Origin: Candidatus Latescibacterota bacterium | GTDB lineage: Bacteria; Latescibacterota; UBA2968; UBA8231 | Direction: 5' to 3' | Assembly: GCA_963422735.1 (NCBI GenBank) | Contig: OY730476.1 | Location: forward strand, 640,001-704,000 | DNA: 64,000 bases | Shown here: piece by piece, positions 1 through 8,922 of the stretch | Numbering within the stretch: the stretch's first letter is position 1 | Layout: the number at the start of each line of letters is the position of its first letter | The notes under the pieces: model-generated | Database searches by the model: none | Seen by the model: only the letters and a program-made list of their open reading frames with translations | What the model was told of the DNA's origin: nothing | Made by a program: the position numbers and the translations under genes

Positions 1-1003
1 GCCCGATCATCCAGAACTCGCCCTAGATTCGCTGCACGAGCAAGTGGACTCCCCCGTGCCGGGTCTAACGCATCGCTACGCCGACCGGGCGTTGTTTCTG
101 ACGCTCGACACCTGTCCGGTGTACTGTCGTTTCTGCACCCGTTCCTATGCGGTAGGGTTGGATACCGAGGATGTGGAAAAAGTGCATTTTGGGGCTGTTG
201 TCCAGCGGTGGGAGCAGGTCTTTGCTTATATTTCTTCGCGACCCGAGTTAGAAGACATTGTCATCAGCGGTGGCGATGTGGCCAACCTCAAGGCCGAACA
301 CATCGAATACATCGGCACTCGCTTGCTCAACATTGAGCATGTGCGGCGGATGCGCTACGCGACGAAAGCTCCGGCGATTATGCCGCAGAAACTAGTCACA
401 GACCGCGAGTGGGTCGATGCCCTTGCGCGGGTTGTCGAAGCGGGGCGCAAAGTCCACAAGGAAGTCGCGCTGCACACGCATTTCAACCATCCGCGCGAAA
501 TCACGGCCATCAGCGGCCGCGCACTCGACGAATTGATGGAGCGCGGCATCTGCGTGCGCAACCAAACTGTCTTGCAAAAGGGCGTCAACGACGACGACGA
601 CACCATGCAACATCTCGTGCGGCGACTCAGCTACCTCAACGCGCATCCGTATTACACCTTTGTCCACGATATGGTGCGCGGGGTCGAAGAATTGCGCACG
701 ACCTTAGCGGCGGCGATCGATTTAGAGAAGGCGGTTCGGGGACGGACCGCGGGGTTCAATACGCCAGCCTTTGTGCTCGACACCATGGGAGGCGGTGGTA
801 AGCGCGATGTCCACTCCTATGAACACTACGATCGCCAGACGGGCATCGCCGTATTTACCAGTCCGGCCGTGCGGCCCGGTGAGGTCTTTTTTCATTTTGA
901 TCCCCTAGATGCGCTCGATCCGCAAATTGCCCAGCGCTGGAGCGACCCGGCCGAACGTGCAGCTATGCGACAAGCGGCACTAGAGGCCGCTATCCAGACG
1001 TAA
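1..1003 (+). CDS. KamA-family radical SAM aminomutase (lysine 2,3-aminomutase-like), 5' end outside the window
   Basis: CPVYCRFC radical-SAM motif, ISGGD, HFNHPREIT, NQTVLQKGVND and GGGGK PLP-lysine motif. The frame is open from base 2 (PDHPELALDSLHEQVDSP...). Confidence 0.88.
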   Translation, partial: PDHPELALDSLHEQVDSPVPGLTHRYADRALFLTLDTCPVYCRFCTRSYAVGLDTEDVEKVHFGAVVQRWEQVFAYISSRPELEDIVISGGDVANLKAEHIEYIGTRLLNIEHVRRMRYATKAPAIMPQKLVTDREWVDALARVVEAGRKVHKEVALHTHFNHPREITAISGRALDELMERGICVRNQTVLQKGVNDDDDTMQHLVRRLSYLNAHPYYTFVHDMVRGVEELRTTLAAAIDLEKAVRGRTAGFNTPAFVLDTMGGGGKRDVHSYEHYDRQTGIAVFTSPAVRPGEVFFHFDPLDALDPQIAQRWSDPAERAAMRQAALEAAIQT

Positions 1004-1014
1004 CGGGCGGGAAG

Positions 1015-1042
1015 CCACAAGGGCCAACATTTGCCCTTGTGG
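1015..1042. terminator. hairpin, possible terminator after the KamA-like gene
   Basis: CCACAAGGGC-N8-GCCCTTGTGG perfect 10-bp inverted repeat 12 nt after the stop; no clear U-tract. Confidence 0.4.
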
Positions 1043-1106
1043 ACTCGTATGCCTTATCTATTAGCAACAACTAAACTAAACCTTAACACCATCGAGGCTT
1101 ACGGCA

Positions 1107-2765
1107 ATGGAATATCCAGATATGATCCAAGCATTAGCGGGCTTGGGCCTGCTCGCTTTGGGCGGCGGTCTGGGTTTTCTGTTGAGTTATCAATTGAAAA
1201 GGGGTGCTCTGCCCCAAGTGGAGAGAGAGGCCGAAGATCGAGTGCGGCAGCAGTTGGCCGAAGAGGAGCGCTCGGTGCGGCTGAGCTTGCTTGAAGAGCG
1301 GGATAACTGGTATAAAACCAAGGCCCGCCAAGAGGCCGAGTTAGAAGATCAATTGGCCGATCTGGGACGCCGCGATAAGAGTTTGGCACAGCTTGTGCGC
1401 GATATCAATAGCCAGAAGGAGGAACAGAGCCGGGCGTGGAACCGCCTCAAAAATCAGGAACGGCGGATTGGCCAGCGCGAAAGGACCTTAAAAGAAGAAG
1501 AAGAGGAAATAGGCCAGATGCGCGCCGAGTACCAGCAACGTCTAGAGTTGGCCAGTGGGCTGCCCGCGGATGAGGCGCGCGAACAGATGATGGAGCATCT
1601 GGCCAGCGAGGTCCGCGGGCGGGCGGCGGCCATGATCCGCAGCGAGCGCACCAAGGTGAAGGAAGAGTCGGATCGAGAAGCAAAAAAAATCATCGCCCAA
1701 GCCATTCAGCGCTGTGCAGTTGAAGAGACCGTCCATTTGGTCACCTCGACCGTGCCTTTGCCCAACGAGGGATTCAAAAGTCGCATCATTGGCAAGGAAG
1801 GGCGCAATGTGCGCGCATTTGAGACGGCGACCGGAGTCAAAGTCGTGGTCGATGATACGCCCGACGCCGTGTTGCTTTCGTCCTACGATCCAGCGCGGCG
1901 CGAAGTGGCAAGCCGGGCGATGCATCAGCTAATCGGTGCCGGCGGCTTCACCCCGACCAAGATCGAGGAAGTGGTAGAGAAGTGCCGCAAGGCCCTAGAC
2001 AAAGACATGGTCGAGGTCGGCAAGGGCACCCTCAGCGAGATTGGGGCTAGCCAATACCACGCCGGTTTGCCCCATTACGTGGGCATGCTCAAATATCGCG
2101 CTAGCTTTGGGCAAAACCTTTTACAGCACTGCCTAGAAGTCGCCCATTTGTCGGGGCTGATGGCTGCCGAAGTAGGATTGGATGTGCCGTTGGCTAAGCG
2201 AGCGGGCCTCTTGCACGATATCGGCAAGACCGTCAGCAAGGAGATGGAAGGGGGCCATGTTGAACTGGGCATTAAGCTGGGCGAGCGATTCGACGAGCAT
2301 CCGATCGTCAAGGAAGTTATCGCCGAGCACCACGAGGACCATGATCGCCTTTCGCCGATCTGCTTCTTGGTCAAGGCGGCCGATACTATATCGTCGATAC
2401 GGCCCGGAGGGCGGCGCGAAGATCTCGAAGGCTATACTCGCCGCATCATGCGCTTGGAAGAAATCGCGACTGCGTTTGCAGGGGTCAAAGATGTGTACGC
2501 TATAAACGCCGGCCGCGAGATTCGCGTCATGGTTTGCGGCGAGCAGATCGGGGATGAAGACGCCGAGATGCTGGCGTTCGATATAGCCGAGCGCGTTAAG
2601 GCCGAATTGACCTTTGCGGGTCAAGTCAAGGTCGTGGTGGTGCGCCAGACGCAGGTGGTGCGTCAGATCAATCGAGACCGCGGCGACCGGCGCAATAACG
2701 ATGCGCGCAATGGGAGCAGTCGTCGGCCGCGCAACGGGGGCCGCAGAGGGGACGACAGCAGCTAA
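1107..2765 (+). CDS. rny: ribonuclease Y
   Basis: N-terminal TM helix, coiled coil, KH motif RIIGKEGRN, HD motif LLHDIGK, INAGREIRVMV. Confidence 0.95.
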   Translation: MEYPDMIQALAGLGLLALGGGLGFLLSYQLKRGALPQVEREAEDRVRQQLAEEERSVRLSLLEERDNWYKTKARQEAELEDQLADLGRRDKSLAQLVRDINSQKEEQSRAWNRLKNQERRIGQRERTLKEEEEEIGQMRAEYQQRLELASGLPADEAREQMMEHLASEVRGRAAAMIRSERTKVKEESDREAKKIIAQAIQRCAVEETVHLVTSTVPLPNEGFKSRIIGKEGRNVRAFETATGVKVVVDDTPDAVLLSSYDPARREVASRAMHQLIGAGGFTPTKIEEVVEKCRKALDKDMVEVGKGTLSEIGASQYHAGLPHYVGMLKYRASFGQNLLQHCLEVAHLSGLMAAEVGLDVPLAKRAGLLHDIGKTVSKEMEGGHVELGIKLGERFDEHPIVKEVIAEHHEDHDRLSPICFLVKAADTISSIRPGGRREDLEGYTRRIMRLEEIATAFAGVKDVYAINAGREIRVMVCGEQIGDEDAEMLAFDIAERVKAELTFAGQVKVVVVRQTQVVRQINRDRGDRRNNDARNGSSRRPRNGGRRGDDSS

Positions 2766-2781
2766 ATTCGCCCCAATTGAA

Positions 2782-3948
2782 ATGGCTGACGACCCTAAAA
2801 AAATCGTCGTCCTTGGCTGCACCGGGTCCATTGGCGACACGTGTTTCAAGGTCCTAGAAAACTTGGGAGATGGGTACGAGGTCGTGGGTTTGGGAGGTGG
2901 GGCCAAGGTCGAAAAGCTGATCGGGCGCGCCCTCCACTGGCAGCCGCAAAAAATCTGTGTTCTAGATGCCGAGGCTAGAACACAGGTGCAGAGCGCAGCG
3001 CCGCGAGTCGAGGTGATTTGCGGAGAAGAAGGGCTGTGCGAGCTCGCTACCATGCCGGAGGCCGATCTAGTGCTCAATGGGCTCGTCGGTGCTGTCGGCC
3101 TCGTTCCGACGTTGGCGGCGTTGGCGCAAGGCAAGACCGTGGCCATGGCCAACAAGGAGCCCTTGGTTATGGCCGGCGGGTTAATTTTGCAGCAAGCCCA
3201 GCGCGGCGGGGGGACCGTGCTGCCGTTGGACAGCGAGCCCAATGCCATTTGGCAGTGCCTGAAGGGCGAAAATCGCAAAAGCCTGAAGCGGATCATCCTC
3301 ACGGCCTCTGGGGGGCCATTCTTTGGGCACAGTCGCGAACAGATGCGCGACATTATCCCGGAGCAGGCCCTTGATCACCCCACTTGGAAAATGGGGCCCA
3401 AGATCAGTGTGGACTCGGCAACCCTGATGAACAAGGGCTTTGAAGTTATCGAGGCTGCTTGGCTCTTTGGCGTGGCGGTCGAACAAGTGGATGTGGTCGT
3501 CCACCGCCAGTCGGTGGTACATGCACTGATTGAATTCGCCGATGGAGCACTGTTGGCGCACATGGGGAAGACCGATATGATGCTGCCGATCCAATACGCG
3601 CTGACTCACCCAGCGCGGCGGGAGGTGCCTCTCGACAACCTCGACCTCGAGCAAGTGGGCCAACTAAGTTTCGCCGCTCCGGATAGGACGAATTTTCCCT
3701 CTCTAGATCTGTGCTACGAAGCAGGCCGGAGTGGAGGCACCTTTCCAGCCGCCCTCAACGCGGCCAACGAGGAGGCTGTGGGGGCCTTTTTGGCGCGGAA
3801 AATAGGATTTCTCGATATCGCCGACCTGAACCGCGACGTGCTTGCACGCTGCGGCACACAGGAGGCGGTTTCCCTCGAATCCATATTAGACGAGGACCGC
3901 TATGCACGGCGGCTGGCCCGGGAGTGGGTCGCCGGGCAGGCGGGGTAA
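2782..3948 (+). CDS. dxr: 1-deoxy-D-xylulose-5-phosphate reductoisomerase
   Basis: LGCTGSIG, MANKE, LPLDSEP, HPTWKMGPKISVDSATLMNKG, LNAANE. Start set at ATG 2782 rather than the ORF-track start 2614. Confidence 0.96.
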   Translation: MADDPKKIVVLGCTGSIGDTCFKVLENLGDGYEVVGLGGGAKVEKLIGRALHWQPQKICVLDAEARTQVQSAAPRVEVICGEEGLCELATMPEADLVLNGLVGAVGLVPTLAALAQGKTVAMANKEPLVMAGGLILQQAQRGGGTVLPLDSEPNAIWQCLKGENRKSLKRIILTASGGPFFGHSREQMRDIIPEQALDHPTWKMGPKISVDSATLMNKGFEVIEAAWLFGVAVEQVDVVVHRQSVVHALIEFADGALLAHMGKTDMMLPIQYALTHPARREVPLDNLDLEQVGQLSFAAPDRTNFPSLDLCYEAGRSGGTFPAALNAANEEAVGAFLARKIGFLDIADLNRDVLARCGTQEAVSLESILDEDRYARRLAREWVAGQAG

Positions 3949-3951
3949 TTT

Positions 3952-4224
3952 ATGGCAGAAGACACCAATGCAGCACAGTACAAAGCACTAGCGCTATGCC
4001 AGAAGATGCTCCGCATCAACACTGGGGTCATACTCGCGGCTTTCGCACTCATCATCATCCTAACCACGGTCTCGACAGCGGAGTGGGTGCGTGCGACTGG
4101 TAAGGCACTCTACTACGTCATCGCGTTGCAGTCCCTCACGTCGGTGGGGACTTGGTACTTCCGCACTCGCTTGGAGAAAGCGTTGGCAGGGGTCGAGGGA
4201 GATAGTCCGCATGGAGACCATTAA
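3952..4224 (+). CDS. small 2-TM hypothetical membrane protein
   Basis: Two hydrophobic stretches; fills the gap between dxr and the queD-like gene with tight spacing. Confidence 0.65.
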   Translation: MAEDTNAAQYKALALCQKMLRINTGVILAAFALIIILTTVSTAEWVRATGKALYYVIALQSLTSVGTWYFRTRLEKALAGVEGDSPHGDH

Positions 4225-4651
4225 GGCCCGAGGTAAATTCCACGCCGCCCATCGGCAGCTAGACTACGACGGCAAATGCGCCTACGTCCACGGGCATACT
4301 TGGCGCGGCGTGTTTGTCGTCCGCACCGAGCGCTTTCCGCGGCTCGAAAAACTAGATATGTCCGTGGACTTCGGTGCGCTCAAGGACATATTCAGATTCT
4401 TGGATCACAAAATGTTGATTTCCGCACGGGATGCGACCTTTCTCGACGCCAAGCTCTTCGAGCCACAGGGCGTCGTGGTCATGCCAGGCGAAAATCCGAG
4501 TGTGGAAAACGTGGCTGAGTACTGCCTCGACCAAGCAGTCGGGGTATTACAGAAGCTGTTTCCACAACGCGGCTATCAGTATCACATCGAAGTTTCCATT
4601 CAAGAGACCGACAACAATTTCTTCGTAGCCGAGCACCTTTTTCGTTGCTGA
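4211..4651 (+). CDS. queD: 6-carboxytetrahydropterin synthase / PTPS family (QueD-like)
   Basis: FHAAH...GKCAYVHGHTW, VDFGALK, LDHK, NPSVEN motifs; ATG at 4211. Confidence 0.8.
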   Translation: METIKARGKFHAAHRQLDYDGKCAYVHGHTWRGVFVVRTERFPRLEKLDMSVDFGALKDIFRFLDHKMLISARDATFLDAKLFEPQGVVVMPGENPSVENVAEYCLDQAVGVLQKLFPQRGYQYHIEVSIQETDNNFFVAEHLFRC

Positions 4652-4669
4652 GCACTTGGGTGCAGAGCT

Positions 4670-4940
4670 ATGGTGCAGCAACAGATGATGATCGCCGGAG
4701 AGGTCGCCGCCTATCTCCGCTGTGCATCGCTTGGTTCGTCGAGGCCAGATTCCCTACTTAGAAAGAAATACGGTTCCGCCAACCTCGATTTTGATTTCAG
4801 GGACGCTGGTGGTTTCCAATGGAATGGCCAATGCATTGTGACGCGCAGACTGCCCTATACTACGAAGCATATCCGTACCGGTCAGTTTCAAACTGTGGCA
4901 GGTGGTTACGATCAGCTCTGGGACGCAGAGGTTTTGATGT
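4670..4940 (+). pseudogene. frameshifted excisionase-type HTH fragment joined to an unrelated C-terminal fragment
   Basis: MMIAGEVAAYLR in one frame and AVHRLVRRGQIPYL in another together form an HTH_17-like pattern. They are followed by NLDFDF...CIVTRRLPY...IRTGQF...LWDAEV. Confidence 0.45.
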
Positions 4941-5129
4941 CACCCGACCATGAAGGCGACAGGCAGGGACAAGCCGTGAAACGTGGGGTTAGAACGCGAT
5001 GAGCGGGTTGATGTTCCTCCACTCGCATGATTCCGCAACATCACTGGTCGTTGATGTGAATGGCGATAACGGTGTCGCGTTTGCTTGCGGAGTATTCGCA
5101 CACGCCGATACGGAATTGCCTCAAGGCTC

Positions 5130-6104
5130 AACGGCACGTCCCCTCGCGAGAATGGGATTCCTGATCTGCTGGGTTCCGAGCGACTCGTGCCCGCCGGCAG
5201 CCGCGACGCCCGCCACCCGGCTGCCGATCTTCGGTACCCGGCGTCCGCCGAAACCGAGGAGGAGGAAATCGAGTACTTCAACGCGGAAGCCGAGGCGAGA
5301 ATGGCCGACCTCGCGCCGGATCGCAACGCCGAACCGGAGTACATGGAGGGGCTGGCGGGATGCAGGGACATCGCCGCCGCCGTCCTCACCTTTCCCGAAC
5401 CCGCCTATGTCTGGATCGAAACCGGGTACGAGTCGCTGTGCCTGCTCGAGGCGTACCGGCACCTGGCACCGGTCGCCGGCGGGACGTTCATGCAGATCGG
5501 CGGCACCGGCTCGCACGCGGTCAAGATGCTGCTGGCGGGCGCAAGGCGCGGGTTTCTGCTCACGCCGATGATGGCGGAGGCGCGGTACGCCGTGCGCTTG
5601 GCGGAGATATTCGGAGTCCGCGACCGCTTCGCTCCCGTTCTCGGACTCGGCGAGCAGATTCCGTTCGCGGCGGACTTCTTCTCTTTAGCCTTCTCTTTCG
5701 CTTGCTTCCATCACATGCGCTTCGAATATCTGGCCGGCGAGATGCACCGGGTGCTTGCGGAAGGCGGGAAGTTCGCGAGCATCGATCCCTGGAAGACGCT
5801 CCTGCACACCGTCGGCAGGAGAACGCTCGGCAAGCACGAGAGGTCGGTGCATTGCCGGCCCGTCACCGCGGAACGGCTGGCGACACTGAAGAGGCGGTTC
5901 CCGGACATGGCGGTCAGCCGGCACGGACCGCTGCTCCGGTACCTATGCCTCGGGTTGAGGAAGCTGGGCATGGGCGGCTTTTTGCCGCGGTCCCTGCCGG
6001 CCATGATGGACATCATGCGCGCCGCCGATTTCCTGGGCCGACTCACCGGCTTGGAAGGCGGCGTCATCCTCATGATGGGCGCGAAGCAGGAGCGCCCGAC
6101 CTGA
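5130..6104 (+). pseudogene. class I SAM-dependent methyltransferase, apparently 5'-truncated
   Basis: MQIGGTGSH, GEQIPFAADFF, ACFHH, EMHRVLAEGGKFASIDP. Recognisable sequence starts at ENGIPDLL (Trm112-like tail) with no convincing start codon. Composition differs from flanking host genes. Confidence 0.6.
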
Positions 6105-6240
6105 CGCCGGCTCGCCTCCTGTCGGGAAGTTCAACGCTGCCGCAAAGCCTTGGTCAGGGGTTTTTCGATCATGGCATATTCGCGCCGCCGTCGACTTCGA
6201 TCCCTTGACTGTCGGGAACCGAACTAACGAAACTTGAAGC

Positions 6241-6474
6241 ATGGCCAGAAATGAAAATCAGATACCGAAAGTCCTGCTCGTCGCTCTGGTGGGTTCCGAC
6301 GGCTCCGCCCCCGACGTCGTCGGGGGCAACAGGGTAATGGCCGAGGAGGCGGTCCGCGAATTGATGTCGCGGAGGTTCGAGCTGGATGTCCTCGACACGC
6401 CGAGAAGCGCAACCAATCTGTCCCCTTGCCCAATCTATGCTGCTCGCCTCGCGAGGTTCCTGCGGGTGGTCTGA
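6241..6474 (+). pseudogene. glycosyltransferase family 4-like N-terminal fragment
   Basis: KVLLVALVG...VGGNRVMAEEAVREL...FELDVLDT resembles a GT-B N-terminus; ends at an early TGA. Confidence 0.45.
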
Positions 6475-6626
6475 GGAGCAGCATAGATTGGGCAAGCTAG
6501 TGCGGTTTCGCCTGAGCGAGATCGAGTGCTGGTTGGCCCTGCACCACCAAGGATCGGCACTCTTGCGGGGGAGGGCGATGCCGTCCAATTCAGATCAACT
6601 TTCTCTCTTCCCGACGGGAGGGAAAA

Positions 6627-8906
6627 ATGGCGAATGAAAAAGTGAAAAACGTGGTGGTACTCGGCGCCGGGGTCATGGGAGGGCAAATCGCGGCCCTGCT
6701 CACCTGTGCGGGCCACAAGGTGCGCCTCCTCGACTTGCCGCTAGCAGGCGATGGAGTGGGCCGTGCGCGTCGGGGGCTGGAGAGAGCCCTCGCGAGCCGA
6801 CCTCCCGCTTTCTATATAGAGGAGATGGCCCAGCGCATCGAGCTGGGAAGCACGGAGGATCTAGCCTGCGTTGGAGCGGCCGATTGGGTTATTGAAGCCG
6901 TAGTAGAAAAAAGATCGCCCAAGCGGGAGTTGCTGGCCCGGCTAGAGCCGTACCTGCACGACGGACTGGTCATCAGCAGCAATACCTCGGGGCTATCTAT
7001 CGCCGAGCTAGCCCGCGACCGGTCGCGGGCGTTTTGCCGCCGCTTCCTCGGGGTGCATTTCTTCAATCCGCCGCGCTACATGAAGTTGGTCGAAGTCATA
7101 CCCGGGCCTGACACCGAGCCGGCCATCGTCCAGCAGATGGTCGATTTCCTCACCGGGGAGTTGGGCAAGGGCGTGGTCTGCGGCCAAGACACGCCTAATT
7201 TCATCGGCAATCGCCTGTGGATTTTCGCTGTCTGCGACCTGTTGCAGCGGATGGAACAGGACGGGCTGGGCGTGGCCGAAGTTGACGCACTGACCGGTCC
7301 CCTGATGGGGCGGCCCCCAAGCGCGACCTTGCGCGTTTGCGACATCGTGGGTTTGGACACGGTCGCGCATGTGGCCGAAACCAGCTACGAAGGGTTGTCG
7401 GCGGATCCGTGGCGGCCGCTTTTTGCTCTGCCGGCATTTTATCGGCGCATGTTGGAGGAGAACTTGCTCGGGGCCAAGGTCAATGCCGGGTTTTATCGCA
7501 AGGCCGAGGCGGGCATCGAGGCCCTCGACTTGGATACCTTCGCCTACCAACCCGTGCAAAAGGTGGCGTTGGGCGCCTTGGAATCGGCGTTGAGCGAGCG
7601 TTCCCCAGCGCGCCGCCTCCGCGCCTTATGGGACGATTCGGGCCCGTGGGGTCAGGCCGGGAGGGCGCATCTCATGGCCGTGCTAGCCTACGCCGCCGAG
7701 CATGCCAAAGACATAGCCGGCGACATCGTCCAAATCGATCAGGCGATGCGCTGGGGATTTAACTGGGCACTAGGGCCTTTTGAGTTGTGGGATCTCTTCG
7801 GTGTCGAAGAGGTCGTCAACTCTCTGGCATCTAACCAACAGCGCGTACCCGACCTCGCCGCCCAATTGCTCGCCGCAGGTGAAACGCATTTTTACCAAGA
7901 GCAGGGTGTGTTCTCGCCGATCCGGTTGCGGCGCGAAAGCTGGCAACCGACAGCAGACGATTGGGATAAGCTAGCTGCCGAGCGAGCCATCTGGTCCAAT
8001 GCCGGGGCCTACTTGGTCGAGTTGGACGAGGGAATGGGGGCGTTGGTTTTTAGCGGCAAAATGAACGCCTTGGGGCCAGCGGCGCTGGAAGCCGTCCACC
8101 ACGCGGTGGGTACGGCCCCTTTTACTGGCTTGGTGCTCGCCGGAGCTGGCCGCTTGTTTTCGGTCGGTGCCGACTTGAAGCACGTGGCCAAGCTCGTCGA
8201 TGAGAGCGACTGGCCGGGGTTAGAAGCGTTTGTCGCTGCCTTCCAAGAGGCTGTGCAGGCACTGCGCTACGCGCCTTTTCCGGTCGTCGCGGCCCTCCGC
8301 GGCTTGGTGCTGGGAGGCGGGTGCGAGTTCGCCTTGGGTGCCGCTGCGCGCGTGGCGATGGCTGAATTAGGCATGGGCTTGGTGGAGACCAAGGTTGGCC
8401 TGATCCCCGGTAGTGGCGGCTGTATGGAGATGGCGCGGAGGGGAGCGAGCGATATAGGATCTGCATTTGAGACGATTTTTACCGGAAACTTCAGCGACAA
8501 CGCCTTTCAGGCCCGAGCTTGGGGTCTCCTCGGTGCTGAGGACGAGATTGCCTTTGCCGAGAGCCAACTCTTAAAGCGGGCCGTAGCCAAATTGCACAGC
8601 CTGCTCGCCGCAGGCTACTGCGCTAGTGCTCCGGATGGGGTAGAGGTCGCTGGAGATGAAGGGCTAGTGCTTTTGCACGAGCGCATAGATGAAGGCCAGG
8701 CTGCGGGGCAGCTCAGCGAACACGACGTGGTCGTAGGGCGCGGTCTGGCGCGGGTGCTTACAGGAGGTGGTGGGGCACGCCGGGAAGTAGAGGAGCGCCA
8801 CTTGCTCAATTTGGAACGCGAGGTCTTTCTGCAACTATGCGGCACCGAGCGCACGAGACAGCGCATCGCGCACATGCTGCACACGGGTAAATCACTGAGA
8901 AATTAA
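6627..8906 (+). CDS. 3-hydroxyacyl-CoA dehydrogenase / enoyl-CoA hydratase (FadN-type)
   Basis: VLGAGVMG, IEAVVE, SSNTSG, HFFNPPRYMKLVE, C-terminal crotonase GGGCE...VETKVGLIPG. Confidence 0.92.
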   Translation: MANEKVKNVVVLGAGVMGGQIAALLTCAGHKVRLLDLPLAGDGVGRARRGLERALASRPPAFYIEEMAQRIELGSTEDLACVGAADWVIEAVVEKRSPKRELLARLEPYLHDGLVISSNTSGLSIAELARDRSRAFCRRFLGVHFFNPPRYMKLVEVIPGPDTEPAIVQQMVDFLTGELGKGVVCGQDTPNFIGNRLWIFAVCDLLQRMEQDGLGVAEVDALTGPLMGRPPSATLRVCDIVGLDTVAHVAETSYEGLSADPWRPLFALPAFYRRMLEENLLGAKVNAGFYRKAEAGIEALDLDTFAYQPVQKVALGALESALSERSPARRLRALWDDSGPWGQAGRAHLMAVLAYAAEHAKDIAGDIVQIDQAMRWGFNWALGPFELWDLFGVEEVVNSLASNQQRVPDLAAQLLAAGETHFYQEQGVFSPIRLRRESWQPTADDWDKLAAERAIWSNAGAYLVELDEGMGALVFSGKMNALGPAALEAVHHAVGTAPFTGLVLAGAGRLFSVGADLKHVAKLVDESDWPGLEAFVAAFQEAVQALRYAPFPVVAALRGLVLGGGCEFALGAAARVAMAELGMGLVETKVGLIPGSGGCMEMARRGASDIGSAFETIFTGNFSDNAFQARAWGLLGAEDEIAFAESQLLKRAVAKLHSLLAAGYCASAPDGVEVAGDEGLVLLHERIDEGQAAGQLSEHDVVVGRGLARVLTGGGGARREVEERHLLNLEREVFLQLCGTERTRQRIAHMLHTGKSLRN

Positions 8907-8922
8907 AAGAGAAGGGGGCCTT

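Noticed and set aside
1-1003. Calling the KamA-like gene epmB or kamA
   Set aside because: No efp/epmA or lysine-fermentation genes are visible and the 5' context is outside the window, so the substrate is unknown.
2614-2781. N-terminal extensions in the ORF track for dxr (also 22114, 38910, 43958, 45788, 61174)
   Set aside because: They overlap upstream genes or promoters; family homology and RBS placement point to later starts.
2133-3353. 406-aa minus-strand ORF, and many similar long antisense or alternate-frame ORFs (e.g. 23556-24386, 35627-36469, 40825-41601, 53532-54329)
   Set aside because: They shadow well-supported genes, carry no motifs, and are expected from stop-codon scarcity in GC-rich DNA.
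6472-6474. TGA as selenocysteine or a recoded Trp in the GT fragment
   Set aside because: A TAG follows four codons later, TGA serves as a normal stop throughout the window, and no SECIS-like hairpin was seen.
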